Source of the DNA: Octopus bimaculoides | Lineage: Eukaryota | Direction of reading: 5' to 3' | Length of the DNA: 47,541 nt | Assembly (NCBI RefSeq): GCF_001194135.2 | Contig: NC_068982.1 | Span: 43,041,490-43,089,030, forward strand | Shown: piece by piece, positions 23,954-36,466 of the stretch | Numbering within the stretch: position 1 is the first letter of the stretch | Layout: the number at the start of each line of letters is the position of its first letter | Position numbers and translations under genes: made by a program | Notes under the pieces: generated by a model | The model's input: the letters and a program-made list of their open reading frames with translations, nothing else | Told to the model about the DNA's origin: nothing | Databases searched by the model: none

Positions 23954-24384
23954 GTATTAGTGAAGAATTAATTATCAATCCGAGCAAAATATTTTATAAG
24001 CTGTTAGTCCACCAGGCTAACGATATTGTTTAGATTAGCAATGAACTCCGGGTATGCGGCAAGGTCCTCATTCTATATATATATTGTAAATTTGTGGTTG
24101 TACTCCAGCTATACTGGTTTTTACACAGTTTTATACAAGAAAGTGTAAATAATGGTCATTACATATTTTTCATTATTGTGGTACTTACAGCTGCTTCCAG
24201 TAATCATTATTGGTTCATTATTGATAGGTTTACAAATTCGGTCCAATCAATGGGCCGATTGAGTAACCGTATCAATAACGAACCTGTGATGACAACTGAA
24301 AGCAGCTGTAAGTCAAATTTACTACATTAAAGAAAAATATACGACTTGTTTATACTTTGTCTTATATGTGTGTGCTGTGTGTGT

Positions 24385-24520
24385 GTACGTTCTTTTAACT
24401 TAAGACTTTGGCTGGCCCGAGTCTATAACAGAAGGCACATGCTCAAGGTTCCACACAGTGAGACTGAACCCGAACGACATAGTTTGAAAGCAAACTTATT
24501 ACTACACAACCACACCTGCG
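24385..24520 (-). mobile_element. SINE family B fragment
   Basis: GGCCCGAGTCTATAACAGAAGGCACATGCTCAAGG..GACTGAACCCGAAC. Confidence 0.8.
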
Positions 24521-24934
24521 CCTATATTTATATAGGTATGTATATAAACACACAAACACAAACACACACACACACATGATGAGCGTCCAATTGCTTGAGG
24601 ACGTGTGCAACGTACTCATCGAATTAGCGTGTTAAGTAGCTAAGTATTCCACGGATACCCTTACTCTTAACGTAATACTTAGAAAAAAGTCATCGTGACA
24701 TTGAGTATGACAAGTCTTGACAGTTGAACTACTGATACAATCCATCTGACAATCATCCATGTAGTTTCAGTCAACCATGCTTTTACAATACTTCAGGATC
24801 GATCAAGGCTGTAGTAAATACATTTGTCCATTATGCTAAGTAGAGTGGTAGAGTTTGTAACCTCATGTTTGCGAAGTGAACTCCTTAAACACACAGCTAC
24901 TCAGCTATGCCTGTGTCCATACATACATACAAAA

Positions 24935-25260
24935 TTGAAACTGGATCATTGAAGAACAAGTTAAACTCTATTACACACAGGATGTAAAAGCGCTTAACTA
25001 GGCTCTCTTGTATATTTAGTCCAATCTTACGATCTACCACACAAGTGCCTTTGTCTTAATTAATTGCGTTATTAAGGATCCATCGTCTGTCCCATAATAT
25101 TATTTGGGCAGATTTTAGCTGCACAATGAAACCTAACAAAACGCTCTTCATTTTCATAGAGCTTCGATTGTTCAGGATAGTTATCAATGATGATTCTGGG
25201 TACCAACAAAATGTAATGAGACTAGAAGTGTTATGTACCGGATAGTTTGGGTTTTTTGGC
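24935..25260 (-). mobile_element. Ancient dispersed repeat, possibly a LINE RT fragment (copy 2)
   Basis: Colinear with 15345-15650. Minus strand reads DDGSLITQLIKTKALV. Confidence 0.55.
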
Positions 25261-26699
25261 AAATTTTTACTTCATATCCCGTATACGTTTCTAATCCTGA
25301 TTGCTTTAAACTGCGATCATGTTGTTGTTGCTGCTGCTGTGGTTCTATTGGTTGTAGCTGTGTTTAGCACATTGTTACAGTTTCTATTCAGCATTAAAAA
25401 TTATGTTACTGTTGCCGGTAGTGTTATTGTAAATTTATGAGGTTAAGGTGGTTGTAGTTACTAAATATTCCTTGTTCATGTTATAGTGATATTAGAAGAC
25501 AATATCCGACTGAATACTCTTGAAAATGTAATTTCTTTGCATAACTGAGTTATGATATTAGAAGAATAATCTTTTGTTCCTTTTTTTTTTTTTTTGGACT
25601 TTTCCCATAACTTCAATGTAGTAATGAATGGCAGCATGTCTTGTGTTAAGAATAGATTTCTCTCTAAACTTAACATTATTAAAATTTGTGATGCACGTCA
25701 CAGCACAGATCTTAATAATCTGGATATGTATTATACACATGCATGTTCATGTTGTCAAATTGTTCGCTTCGCATTCATGCTCTTTCAGAAACAATCCCAC
25801 TAAACGACACCTTCGGAAAGTGAATTTCATCATTGTTTTGGATAGATCCTTATGAGTGAAGTGGGAATAGACAGAACTGTGTGAAAATCAATCAGATTGA
25901 CAGTTCTTTTGTAGTATATCTGCATCCAATTTAACACCACCACCTTGCTATAGGGTGTCTGTAAAAGAAACGAAGTGTTTTTAGTAAAAATATACAAATA
26001 AAATAAGAACACATGGTGTGCGATCTTGCTGAACTTGTCATTATGGAGGAGATAATTTCTGCAAGATTAAGATAAAATTCAGGAATTTACATCAAAGAGT
26101 AAAGAGCATACACTTTAATTTTTTAATCTGCGTAGTATAAAGTTCTTAAAGCTTCTACTCATTTGTAGTCACGTATAGCGCTAGATCCTCCTTCTTTGTA
26201 ATCGTCAGCACAGCATACCTCGGTACCACTAAATTATGCTAAACTCAGCATTTTACGAAGTTTCTTATAAAGACAAAATGGCTTATAGGATTATTTTTTA
26301 AATAATCGGTACTTTTCTATTTAGTATATGGTAAATATCATTACCGGTAGGAAGCTTTGGATATCATAGTGTAGCGCCAAGTAAAATGCCTCGTAGTGCT
26401 TAGCTACGTCAGTTACAGTTTGAGTTCAAATATCATGAGGTCGGTGTCGGTTTTTATTTTTCCAGTTTTGTAAAGCATGCAGCAACAATGTACTGGAATG
26501 TGAGTCATCTAGTCATATATGTCATGGATTTGTGACAATTTAACTTGTGTGTGTGTGTGTATAACTAGTGGCATATTCAAACTGCGGTAGAGCAACTCGG
26601 TTTCCATTCCCATTTAAGGACAATTTACCCTTCAATTGTATACACAAGTGTCACAAAATAAAACTCAGATTGCACCAGTTTATGACAAAAACTAATTTT

Positions 26700-26915
26700 T
26701 TAGGCGGCGAGTTGGCTGAATTATTAGAGCGTCCGGAGAAATATTTTGGCTCTTTATATTAGGGGTTCAAATCCTGCCGAGTTCAATTTGCCTGTCATCC
26801 TTTAAGGGTTATAACAAAGTATCTGCCAAGTGCTGAGGCTGATAATATCGATTATTTTCACTCCAACACACAAAATTTATGACTTTGATCCTACGTCAGA
26901 AACCGTTCTTTAAGA
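26700..26915 (+). mobile_element. SINE family A
   Basis: AGGCGGCGAGTTGGCTGAA..GGGTTCAAATCCTGCCGAG..CATCCTTT. Confidence 0.8.
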
Positions 26916-27334
26916 GGTGATGCTGCTGAGGTTTACGAGGGTACCAGCAACGACAAAAATGATGACGATGACAATGATTGCAGTGAGGGTGATGACAAGG
27001 ACGATGATGGTAATGATGACTAAAAGGAGGACCAAAAGAAAACAGTAACGATGTTATTGTAATTCTTGTTTAGAAACTGGGTTTAAGTGTGTTAGAAATC
27101 CCACTTAACACCCTCGTTGATTTGATTCAAGTGTATTTATACTTGAGTCAAGGTTTCATAACAACCTATTCTCGTTGTGCTACGGAGATGAACATCGTTC
27201 TGAAGGTTTCTCTTTTTTTAATCATCGGTGTATGTGGGGATGTGAATCTATATGTGCAATTGTGTATATTCTACATAATAAAGTCATATTACTATGAAGT
27301 TTTGTGTAATGTAAGAACTTACTATTGCTATTAT

Positions 27335-27545
27335 TCGTGGCGAGCTGGCAGAATCGTTAGCACACTTTGTAAAATGTATTGCGGCATTTCATCCGGCTTT
27401 ATGTGCCGAGTTGAAACTGCACCGAATCCGACTTTTATCCTTTTGGGGATCAATGTTGAGCACCGAGGTCTATGTAATCGACTACTCACCCCTCATAGCA
27501 TTTCAGACATTGTGTCTATAGAAGGAAGGTTTATTATTGCTATTA
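27335..27545 (+). mobile_element. SINE family A
   Basis: GTGGCGAGCTGGCAGAATCGTTAGCAC..ATGTAATCGACT. Confidence 0.85.
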
Positions 27546-27851
27546 TTACACCCTCCCCTCAAAATTCGTTGGCCTTATGTCTAAATCATCATCATAATCA
27601 TAACGCTTACAACAAATTCAAGTGAAAATTTATGCACCCCATGTTTCTTGAAGAGTCTGCAGCGTCATATTTTCTTTTAGCGGTGGACGTCGAATTGTTT
27701 GTACTCTACATCAGCATTGCTTTGTTGTGTTTTCTTGTTGTTGTTTCTGATATTACCATATTTGGCCCTGATCGAATGAATCACTGCTGGTTTGGAAGAC
27801 TTGAACATAGAGATAACTGTGATTTTTCTAGTCCCGTATGGTTGACAAGTA

Positions 27852-28154
27852 TAGAGGCGCAATGGCCCAGTGGTTAGGGCAGCGGACTCGCGGTTTCGAT
27901 TCTCAGACCGGGCATTGTGTGTGTTTATTGAGCGAAAACACCTAAAGCTCCACAGAGCTCCGGCAGGGGCTGGTGGCGACCCCTGTTGTACTCTTTCGCC
28001 CCAACTTTCTCTCACTCTTTCTTCCTGTTTCTTGAGTAACGCTGCGATGGACTGGTGTCCCGTCCAGCTGGGTGGGGAGCACATACGTCATAGAAACCGG
28101 GAAACCAGGCCCATGAGCCTGGCTAGGCTTTAAAAGGACGCATAAATAAAACAA
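27852..28154 (+). mobile_element. tRNA-derived SINE family C with a 14-bp TSD
   Basis: A-box TGGCCCAGTGG and B-box GGTTTCGATTC. ATGGTTGACAAGTA occurs at 27838-27851 and 28155-28168. Confidence 0.92.
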
Positions 28155-28194
28155 ATGGTTGACAAGTAGCTTCTTTTTCTTTCTCTTTTCATTA

Positions 28195-28710
28195 TTCCAC
28201 CGAGGTCGATATTGACTTTCATCCTTTGGGGGTCGTTAAAATAAGTCCTAGTTGTGCCATATGATCGATGTAATTCACTAACTCTCTCTCTCCAACCAAA
28301 ATTCCAGGCCTTGTGCCTATAGCAGAAGCATTATTATTAAAATGATAAACTGGAATAAGTCATAGCATGTCCGACAAAATGTTTAGCGGTATTTCTTCCG
28401 ACTCTTTACGCTCTGAGTTCAAATTCCAGCGGAGTCGACTTTGCCTTTCATCCTTTTGAGATTGATAAGATATGTACCAATTAAGCACTCGGGCTGATGT
28501 AATCGTTTTCCCTTCTCCTCATAATTGCTGGCTTTGTGCCAAAATTTGAACCATTATTTTTATCATTAGTCCGCGTAAATCGACTTTGCCTTTCATTCTT
28601 TCGAGTCGATGAAAAAAGTACCAGTTACGCGTTGCGGTCGATGTAACCCACTTGCCCCTTCCCCCAAATTTTAGACCATGCGCTTATAGCAGAAAGGATT
28701 ATTATTATTA
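28195..28710 (+). mobile_element. Cluster of three tandem SINE family A copies or fragments
   Basis: Three repeats of GTCGA.TTTG.CTTTCAT.CTTT...TGTAAT...(ATT)n at about 28195, 28350 and 28575. Confidence 0.85.
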
Positions 28711-29707
28711 GTAGTAGTAGTAGTAATAATAATAATAGTAATAGTAGGGGGGACAGCTGCAGCTGAAGCAGCAGTAGTAATAGCTCTCATTTAAAAAAAC
28801 GTGTGATTTGTCACTCATTGTTTTCTCTAACATGTTTAACTGAAAGAAAACAAAAACATTTCTTTTAAACGATTCCTTGAGAGATTCAGAAACAATTCTG
28901 GATATCTCACTCATAAGTGGAGAAAAATGTTTGCTCATTCTCAAACTATTTAAACATTAATATTCTTTTAGGCATAAATTCAACCTAAAACTAGCCACCA
29001 CTAACGAGAGAAATCAAACCCACCGTATATATTTTGAAACGAAAATAGAAAAATGAAGCTATTTTAATCCCACCGCAAAACAATTTACAAGGAGAAAAGA
29101 ATTGTTGTTTTTTTTTTATTACAAAAATCACTAACATTGAATATACATTCGTAACTATTTGACAATTATCAGCAACAACCATGCACAATGTAAGCACATT
29201 TTTTTTTCTTTTTGGTCAAATGAACAAAACGGCGAAAAAAATAAACAAACAAGATTAGCATTTTCCTCTGCTTCTAACACAATGAACATTTTTAAAATGC
29301 CTTACCGAGAAAGTAATCCACTTGACAACATTTTGTAACAACGCTCAATACATCTTTACTAGAGTGTTTAATCACCTAATTCTATCACTTGGCGAAATTT
29401 TGTAACTAAGATAAAAGCAACTTTACCAGAATTTTAAATGCAAGAAAAAAATTTGTAATGAAGACAAACGTTATCTCACAGGAATTTTTTAACTCAAGGC
29501 ACTTATTTATACCTTCCTTTGTCTCTTTCTTGAGATACAAAGTGAAAAGATGATCAAGTGTCTTTATGTTCTGAAAGGTTGAGGAGAAAAAAACACAGAA
29601 CTTTAACAGAGGTGGGTCAACGACTTACGCTGAATTAGCGCGTTGCACACATGCTCATGCAGCTGTATTACAGTCCTTAGGTCGATGATATACGAGAGTC
29701 ACATTTA

Positions 29708-29922
29708 AAAATACTGATTTCAAAGTTTGGCACGAGGCCAGCAATTTCGGAGGAAGGGGTTAGTCGATTACATCGACCATAGTGTTCAACTGGTAGTTAT
29801 GTTATCGACTCCGGAAAAATGAAAGGTAAAAATTTGACCGCGGTGGAATTTGAACCCAGAACGTAAAGACGGACAAAATGTCGCTAAGCATTTTACCCAG
29901 CGTGCTAATCGTTCTGCCAGAT
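29708..29922 (-). mobile_element. SINE family A
   Basis: GGCACGAGGCCAGCAATTT..GTCGATTACATCGACC..GGAATTTGAACCCAGAACG..TTCTGCCAG. Confidence 0.9.
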
Positions 29923-30025
29923 CCTCGCCTTATTTAGAAATATTGCCACTAAGAATAAAATTCGCTGTTGCCTTTGTATTATAAGTAAGTAGTGAATGAT
30001 GAAATGGTAAAGAATAGCATGTCGT

Positions 30026-30122
30026 GGCGAAAGTAATGAATACTTACACCTGGTGTTTAGAGTTAGGGTTAGGGTTTTTGTTACGCCGAAAATGGGTGGT
30101 GTACGTATTCTTTACCTCCACC
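30026..30122 (-). mobile_element. About 97-bp MITE with internal TTAGGG repeats (same family as 33987-34077)
   Basis: TIR-like ends GGCGAAAGTAATGAATACTTACACC and GGTGTACGTATTCTTTACCTCCACC. Internal GAGTTAGGGTTAGGG. Confidence 0.75.
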
Positions 30123-31014
30123 GCATCTCGTTAGGTAGATATACGAATCCTAATGACTTCCAGGTATCACTCAACCACTCTGCTACTAATATTGCTTTTT
30201 TACAAACCGTTTATTAATAGCTTTTCCTGACATTTAATATCACACTTGACTGTCTACATAATGGACAAAAATATTATTTCTTTTCTATAACAACTTTTCA
30301 AATATATTCCAAACTTTGTTGCCCGCGAATAACTCTTATTCTAAAACGAACACCACCATAAAAATCAAAATAAGGAATATGATGAAAAATTGATTCATGA
30401 GTACTCACCCCGATAACTAATAATAAATCTATCCATCGATATGCAAATTCTACCATTGCTTTTTATAAACAAAAATGTCTGTTATTAAAAATTAAGATGT
30501 AAGAACTACGAAATAGTACACATGTTCTAACGGATTTCGCATTTTCCCACAACCGTAGTAATGACAAGAGAGAGGGGGAAGAAGAGAGGGAGAAAGTAGT
30601 GTTGTACTCAAACGCCTCAGTTTAAACAATTATCAAGCAATGCATCTTTGAAAATGACGCCTTTGTCACTTAAAAATTAAGAAGCTTTTAGATAAGTTTA
30701 GTTTCAAGTCTTTACAGGGCGCGGTGAGTTGGGAAGCAGGAAACAAGAAGTAGATATAACTATTTGTAAAAGCAGTTGAAACTGGTTTAGGACGTGCAGC
30801 GTCAACTGACGCTTTGATGTACCTCTACTACAGATGTTATGACATTTTTTACTTCTTTTTTTCGAGTAATAAATTTCGAGATCTGTTACCTGAAATAACG
30901 TTATATGTGTATATTATTTTGCTTAGTTTTTCTAAATAATAATAGTAGTAAAAACTATACCACTCCCCAAAATATAAACGATAACGACATAAATACTAAT
31001 AATACTACTAACAA

Positions 31015-31560
31015 TAATGGTTTCAAATTTTGCCACAAAGGCAGCCATTTTTGGGGGGGGGGGCGGAGATGAGTCGATTACATCAACCACAATATTTCGC
31101 TGGTACTTAATTTATCGACCCCGAAAGGATGAAAGGCAAAGTCGACCACAGTCGTTTTTGAACACAGAACATAAAGACGGACAAAACACCGCTAAGTATT
31201 TTATCTGGCGTGCTAAAAATTCTGCCAGCTCGCCGCCTTATTGCTACTAATAAAGAATGGTTACAGATTTTGGCACAACTCTAGCAACTTTGGGTTGGGT
31301 AAGTTGATTACATCGACCCCAGTGCTAGAATGGTAATTACTTTATCGACCCAAAAAAGATGAAAGGCAAAGTAGACGTCAGCGGAATTGAAATCAGAATT
31401 GAGGGCTAGTCGATTACATCATCCCCAGTACTCGACTGGTACTTATTTTTATCGACCACGAAATTTGAACTCAACTGGTACTTATTTTATTAGTAAAACC
31501 GATCTCGGCGGAATTTGAACTCGGGAGGTAAAGAGTCAGAGAAAAATGCCGCTAAGCTTT
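31015..31560 (-). mobile_element. Cluster of three tandem SINE family A copies or fragments
   Basis: Repeated GATTACATC..ACCCC..GGATGAAAGGCAAAGT.GAC blocks at about 31015, 31255 and 31400. Confidence 0.85.
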
Positions 31561-33986
31561 CTTATTTAGGACCATCCATCGCTTTGTATTTTATGTCCCC
31601 ACTTGTTTTGTCTGTCCCTAGTTTTGTATTGTTCCCTCTATGTAAGGCCCTTGTGGCTCGAATAAAATAACCCATTACTTTTGATAATAATTGTTATCAG
31701 CATAGGCACAAAGTGGATTAGTCGATTACAATTTCCCTCGTATGTGATTTATAATTATCAAACTCGGAAGAATGATAAGTTGACCGTGACATGATTTGAA
31801 CTCAGGTCAGGGCTTAAAGAACTGGAGGAAATACTGCAAAGTAATTTCTCCAAGGTTCTCGCAGTTTTACCAATCTACCGTCTTGTAACCGTTTCGTAAA
31901 TAAGCACAAAGTCAGAAAATGGGGGTAAGAGTATAATAGTTATAATAAACAGTACTTGAAATATTGTTCTAAGCATCTCTTGGTATCTCTGCTGAATCAA
32001 TCTTGTATTATTAAAAGAAGTATCCCCCACCCAAAAAAAATGAAATCTTTTCCTTATCCGCACTGTAAATCACAGTCAATTTTCAGTAAGTTATCTCTTT
32101 TCACTTATTTTCTGATCGAAAAATTCGAACTTTTGATAAATTTATTTTACATTACGCAATACTTATCAATCGTATAAGTGCAAGACGTTTTACTGCAGGT
32201 AGAAAAAATGTCGGCAACGTCATTAAAATTCATTAAGAGGTCTAGGGACGTAACTCATTGTTCAATTTTTCTCCAGTATTTTTACTCATTAATAACACGC
32301 TAAGAAGCACCAGCACGAATCAACAATTTATAAAATTTTGACTAAACAAAAAAAGTTAACAAGTTGAACTAGTTATCACTTTCTAAGACGCCTGAAAATA
32401 AATGGTAAATTAAAACAATTTTGGTAAAGAATTTCATTTATATTTTTAATGTAATTGATTAGATCTCACCCTACTTCGAAACGCGCATAAAATATTGTCT
32501 GGCATCTATTCGTATCAGTGTCGATGGAAAAGTGAACACAAAGCTCTTGAGACAACGCTCCATTTTTATATTATTTAGATATTGTGGTGTTAAAAATACT
32601 TTCAAAGGGATTCTTTAAAATGTTCTGGAAATTTCTTTTCATTTTTGCAATATTTGGTAGATTTTCATTTTTATTGGTAATAAATTATTGGGAACAACAA
32701 TATGGATTTTATCTGTTAAATAAAAGCGTGACATTTTTCTGGAATATACCTATAAAATTTCTCTTCTATATTTTTTTTTCCTCAGAAGACCTCGCTTTAC
32801 CTCAGTGACTCTGATATTTTGGGGCATAGTTTTATGAAGTTTGGATCTAGTCGATCAGTAGTAGACGTCGTGGAATCACAAACAACTGCATAAAGTTTGC
32901 TTATATTTGTGTCTATACTATTGAGGACAATGGCTAAGTATGCGTGTAAACCAATACACTTAAGATATCTGTGCTATACCTTTGAGCAGCTTTCACATAA
33001 AATTCGTAGGGCATATGTCAAACAAGCTAGAACAAGTCAGTTAACATAATTTACACACAAGACATTCGTCTGCCTCCCCCATATTTGATTATATACAATC
33101 TGCAAACCAAATGACTAAATTAAGTTGTCGGGGTAGTTTAGTAGAAAAAGAATCAACATTTGATTTCCTGGAAGTTATAATGCCAAGTAATGTATATTGA
33201 GTGAATCAGAATTCATTCCTTATACCACTCTGTAATACAAACTCACATCTGACCATAGACCTAGAATTAATACAGCACTCTTGTGATCGCAGGAACTGCT
33301 AGCTAAAAGTAGTAGCCAAATCCCCTCTCAAATTACATCCTTTCGTCTTAAAAATAGAAAGATAGGATTGCAATGGATAGAATGTCTGTCATCGTTGTAG
33401 GTCTCAAGCCAGAGTAGACAAAGATCGAAATAATAAAATAATTCCAAGAAAGACTCTCAAACTTCACATTAATTGTTCATTTAGTTTTTGTTTCCCAAAT
33501 TAGTATCTCCGAATATTTTAATTCCTCTCTACCCGTTATCCTTTTAGTGAATTGGATGAAAGACCGCCCCCACTACCACCACCAAAATAAACTTGAAATT
33601 CCTTGTATTGCGATGACTTCCATATTTATTCTTAATACAATCCAGTAAATTCGAACATTAATACGATAGTCACTTGTGTTCCGCTACAGAACTTTACGAC
33701 GAAAGTTTGCTCGTAACACACTCGATCCATAAGAGCCTTTTATGCGAATGAATCTGGTGTATTACTAACACACAACCATCATAACGGAGAGGTTGTTCTC
33801 TTGTGACAAAACACAAGAGCGGTTAACAACACGTTCGAACTTTTACTGGAACGCATTAAGAATAATATGCAAGTCATCGTTTTTAATTTCGCTGTTTACC
33901 ATGCACACGATTTGATAATATATTAATTGATATTTTAAAACTCAGAAGCTACATACAAACTGTATTTTAAGTATGTATTCTAAGTC

Positions 33987-34077
33987 GGCGGAGGTAAAGA
34001 ATACGCACACGACCCTAACCCTAAACCTAACCCCTAAGCTCCGAAAACGGGTGATGTACGTATTCTTTACCTTCGCC
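33987..34077 (+). mobile_element. 91-bp MITE with internal CCCTAA repeats
   Basis: GGCGGAGGTAAAGAATACG ... CGTATTCTTTACCTTCGCC (18/19 inverted match) enclosing CCCTAACCCTAAACCTAACCCCTAA. Confidence 0.8.
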
Positions 34078-34306
34078 TGTGAGTCTTTATTTTGGTCAAT
34101 TTAAATTACAGAAAGAATTCTAAATTATGTTCTTGTATATCGATAGTTTTATTTTGAATTTTTCAACTTGTCTATTCTCCAAAAACATTAGAAGAAAATT
34201 AAAGGGAGTGATAAGACTTTAACTTGGAATCGAAACTGAATTATAATGAAGCTAAACTAATGTATATATTTTCATTCCTTACACATACACAATTATAACA
34301 GTAAAA

Positions 34307-34710
34307 TGCTATTACTGCACTCACTTGGACAGGGAAACCGTTCTGCACGCGCTTGTGCAATGCCCCGATTTTACAGAAATGTGGGTTTACGACGAACATC
34401 TGTTGTCACGACTGGGAAGAGGACAGCTGTCTTCCGGGTCGATCATAAAATTGTTCTCCTTTCCTCCTTTGACAAAGAAGGTAAGGCTTGTTTTCTCACT
34501 GTAGAAGCTATTGCGAAAGAAGTAGTGTGGAAGACTCGCATGAAAGAAATCGTGACAGGCACTTTCATCCCCAGCCTTGGGTCGGCGAAATTTCTCACCT
34601 TCCGCCTGAAAAGGAAAATAAGAGTGGAGAAAGAGTGCCTGTCGGCGGACGTATATAGGGAAAGATGGAAGGAAGTTGCGAGAATGGTGAGAGTGAATGT
34701 TTCTACTTAA
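34307..34710 (+). pseudogene. L1/Tx1-clade LINE ORF2 C-terminus (zf-RVT), frameshifted and 5'-truncated
   Basis: CYYC..RETVLHALVQCP (CxxC..H..C) in one frame, then EGKACFL..AIAKEVVWKTRMK..FRLKRKIRVEKECLS..RW..VARMVRVN*. Confidence 0.8.
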
Positions 34711-34934
34711 GAGTGTTCATAAAGTATTTTCAAAGGTAGCAGTGGAGGATCGGAGCTTGCGGGGGCCAAAGCAGAAGCCGTCCCCCACTTCATTGTTTAA
34801 TTGTTCATCCCAATCATTCGATTTTATTAGAAATTTTTAATCGATATTTTTATATTTGTGTTTTTCATCCTGGACCCACACCACTGTATCGTCCTCTCTA
34901 CGTTTGTCCTCCTGTGGGCAATAAAGAATTAATA

Positions 34935-35120
34935 ATTGTTAGCCGGCTGGACAAAATACTTGACAGCATTTCGTCCGTCTCTACGTTCTGAGTTCAAATA
35001 TTGCACAGGTCGACTTTGCCTTTCATCCTTTCGGAATCGATAATATAAGTTAATCACTGAGGTTGATGTACTCGACTAGTCCTCTTCCCACAAATTTCAG
35101 GCCATGTGCTTATGGTAGTT
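34935..35120 (+). mobile_element. SINE family A
   Basis: TACGTTCTGAGTTCAAAT..GGTCGACTTTGCCTTTCATCCTTTCGG. Confidence 0.85.
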
Positions 35121-35248
35121 TCGATCCAGAAAGAGACAAAAACTAGATGTAGTGGTTATCGAAGAACGTCGTGGACAGGAGACTGCAAGATTGATGGAAG
35201 TGGGTCTTGGTATGCGTGGAACTAGTTAGAGCAGTGTTTCCCAATCTA

Positions 35249-36466
35249 TTGGGTTGGTGCATAATTATTGCGGCTTTTTTTTCAACAAATTTTATTCAAC
35301 AAAAACAATAACAACATGTAACAAAAACATCTTTAAATGATTATTGCGGAGCATAGTCACCATCTACTTCAATTACTGCTTCCCATTTGCTTGGCAAATG
35401 GTCGATTCCACGGGCGAAGAAGTTACTGTTCTTAGAGGCAATCTACTCTTTGACGGCGGTCACCAAGTTATCCAAATCGTCGGAAATTTCGTTCGCGAGA
35501 CAATTTTCAGCAATCGATTGACGCGATAGTCCGTAGGCGCTTCTGTGGGAGAATATGGTGGATGAGGAAGCAGCTTCCAGCCCTTATTGACGATAGATTC
35601 GACGACACAACGCTCAACATGTGGACGCGCATTATCGTGATGGAAGACGATATGGTTCTTTTTGCGCGGTCTTTTCTTCTCGATTGCAACTTGAATGCGA
35701 TCAAGTTGAGGTATATAAATGTCTCTGTTGATGTTTAATTGCCGCTTGCCGTTTTTGTCTGGAATCCGCCACTGTTGACGCTCATCGTCGTCATTCCACG
35801 AATAACAAATCCCGTTTGAGATGATTTCTCAGTGAATGATTCCGCTTCTGTCCCACTAAGCACACTACATTGCCTTCTTAAAGTGAACACCTTTTGTTAT
35901 TCCCTTGGTTGAGATTTTTCAGGAACGGCGTTTGCTCATTTTGCTGCTGCAAATCGGTAAAAATTCGGACACATTCGGCTTTGTTGTTATCGGAGAGTTC
36001 GTGAGAGACCGACCCAGCCAATTTCTATACTTTTCCGAGCTTTTGGGACGACCATCGATGGTCGAATGGTTCACATTGAAGTCTTCGACCAACATTTTTG
36101 TTGTCAAGCTTTCGGTCTCTTCCACGGCTACCAAAAGTGCCTAGTCGTTGAAATTTGATGGTCGACCTCTTCCTTTTTCATCTGTGAGTTTTGTATCGCC
36201 CGATTTGAACTTCCTGAACCATCTTTCAACTTGGCTCTTGCTGATTATTCCTTCACCAAAAAGTTCGCGAATAACTGTGCTGCATTCCAACCTTTTTCAA
36301 AGTGGTAGAGCATAATATGACGAATGTGGATATGATTTTCGATACGCATTTTTATGAAAATACAAAAGGCCCACCGTCATTTAAAGATGTTTTTGTTAAA
36401 TATTGTTATTGTTTTTGGTGAATAAAATTTGTTGAAAAAAGCCGCAATAATTATGCACCAACCCAA
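35249..36466 (-). mobile_element. Mariner transposon (1218 bp)
   Basis: TIR TTGGGTTGGTGCATAATTATTGCGGCTTTTTT and its exact inverse ending at 36466. TA on both sides. Confidence 0.95.
35341..36349 (-). pseudogene. Mariner transposase pseudogene
   Basis: MRIENHIHIRHIMLYHFEKG..ERWFRKFKSGD..GRGRP..SVSHEL (WVPHEL)..HDNARPHV..HPPYSPTEAPTDY. Stops and frameshifts. Confidence 0.92.

Noticed and set aside
27632-27877. 81-aa hydrophobic ORF, and the opposite-strand 135-aa ORF
   Set aside because: No family signature. Both depend on reading into the inserted SINE.
27852-27930. tRNA gene
   Set aside because: A and B boxes belong to a SINE head; there is no full cloverleaf, and a SINE body and TSD follow.
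30000-34077. Apparent inversion of the telomeric core between the two MITE copies
   Set aside because: The 30-kb copy's true left TIR is at 30026, so the copies are simply in opposite orientation.
34306-34710. 134-aa ORF as a host gene
   Set aside because: It is a frameshifted L1/Tx1 ORF2 C-terminus.
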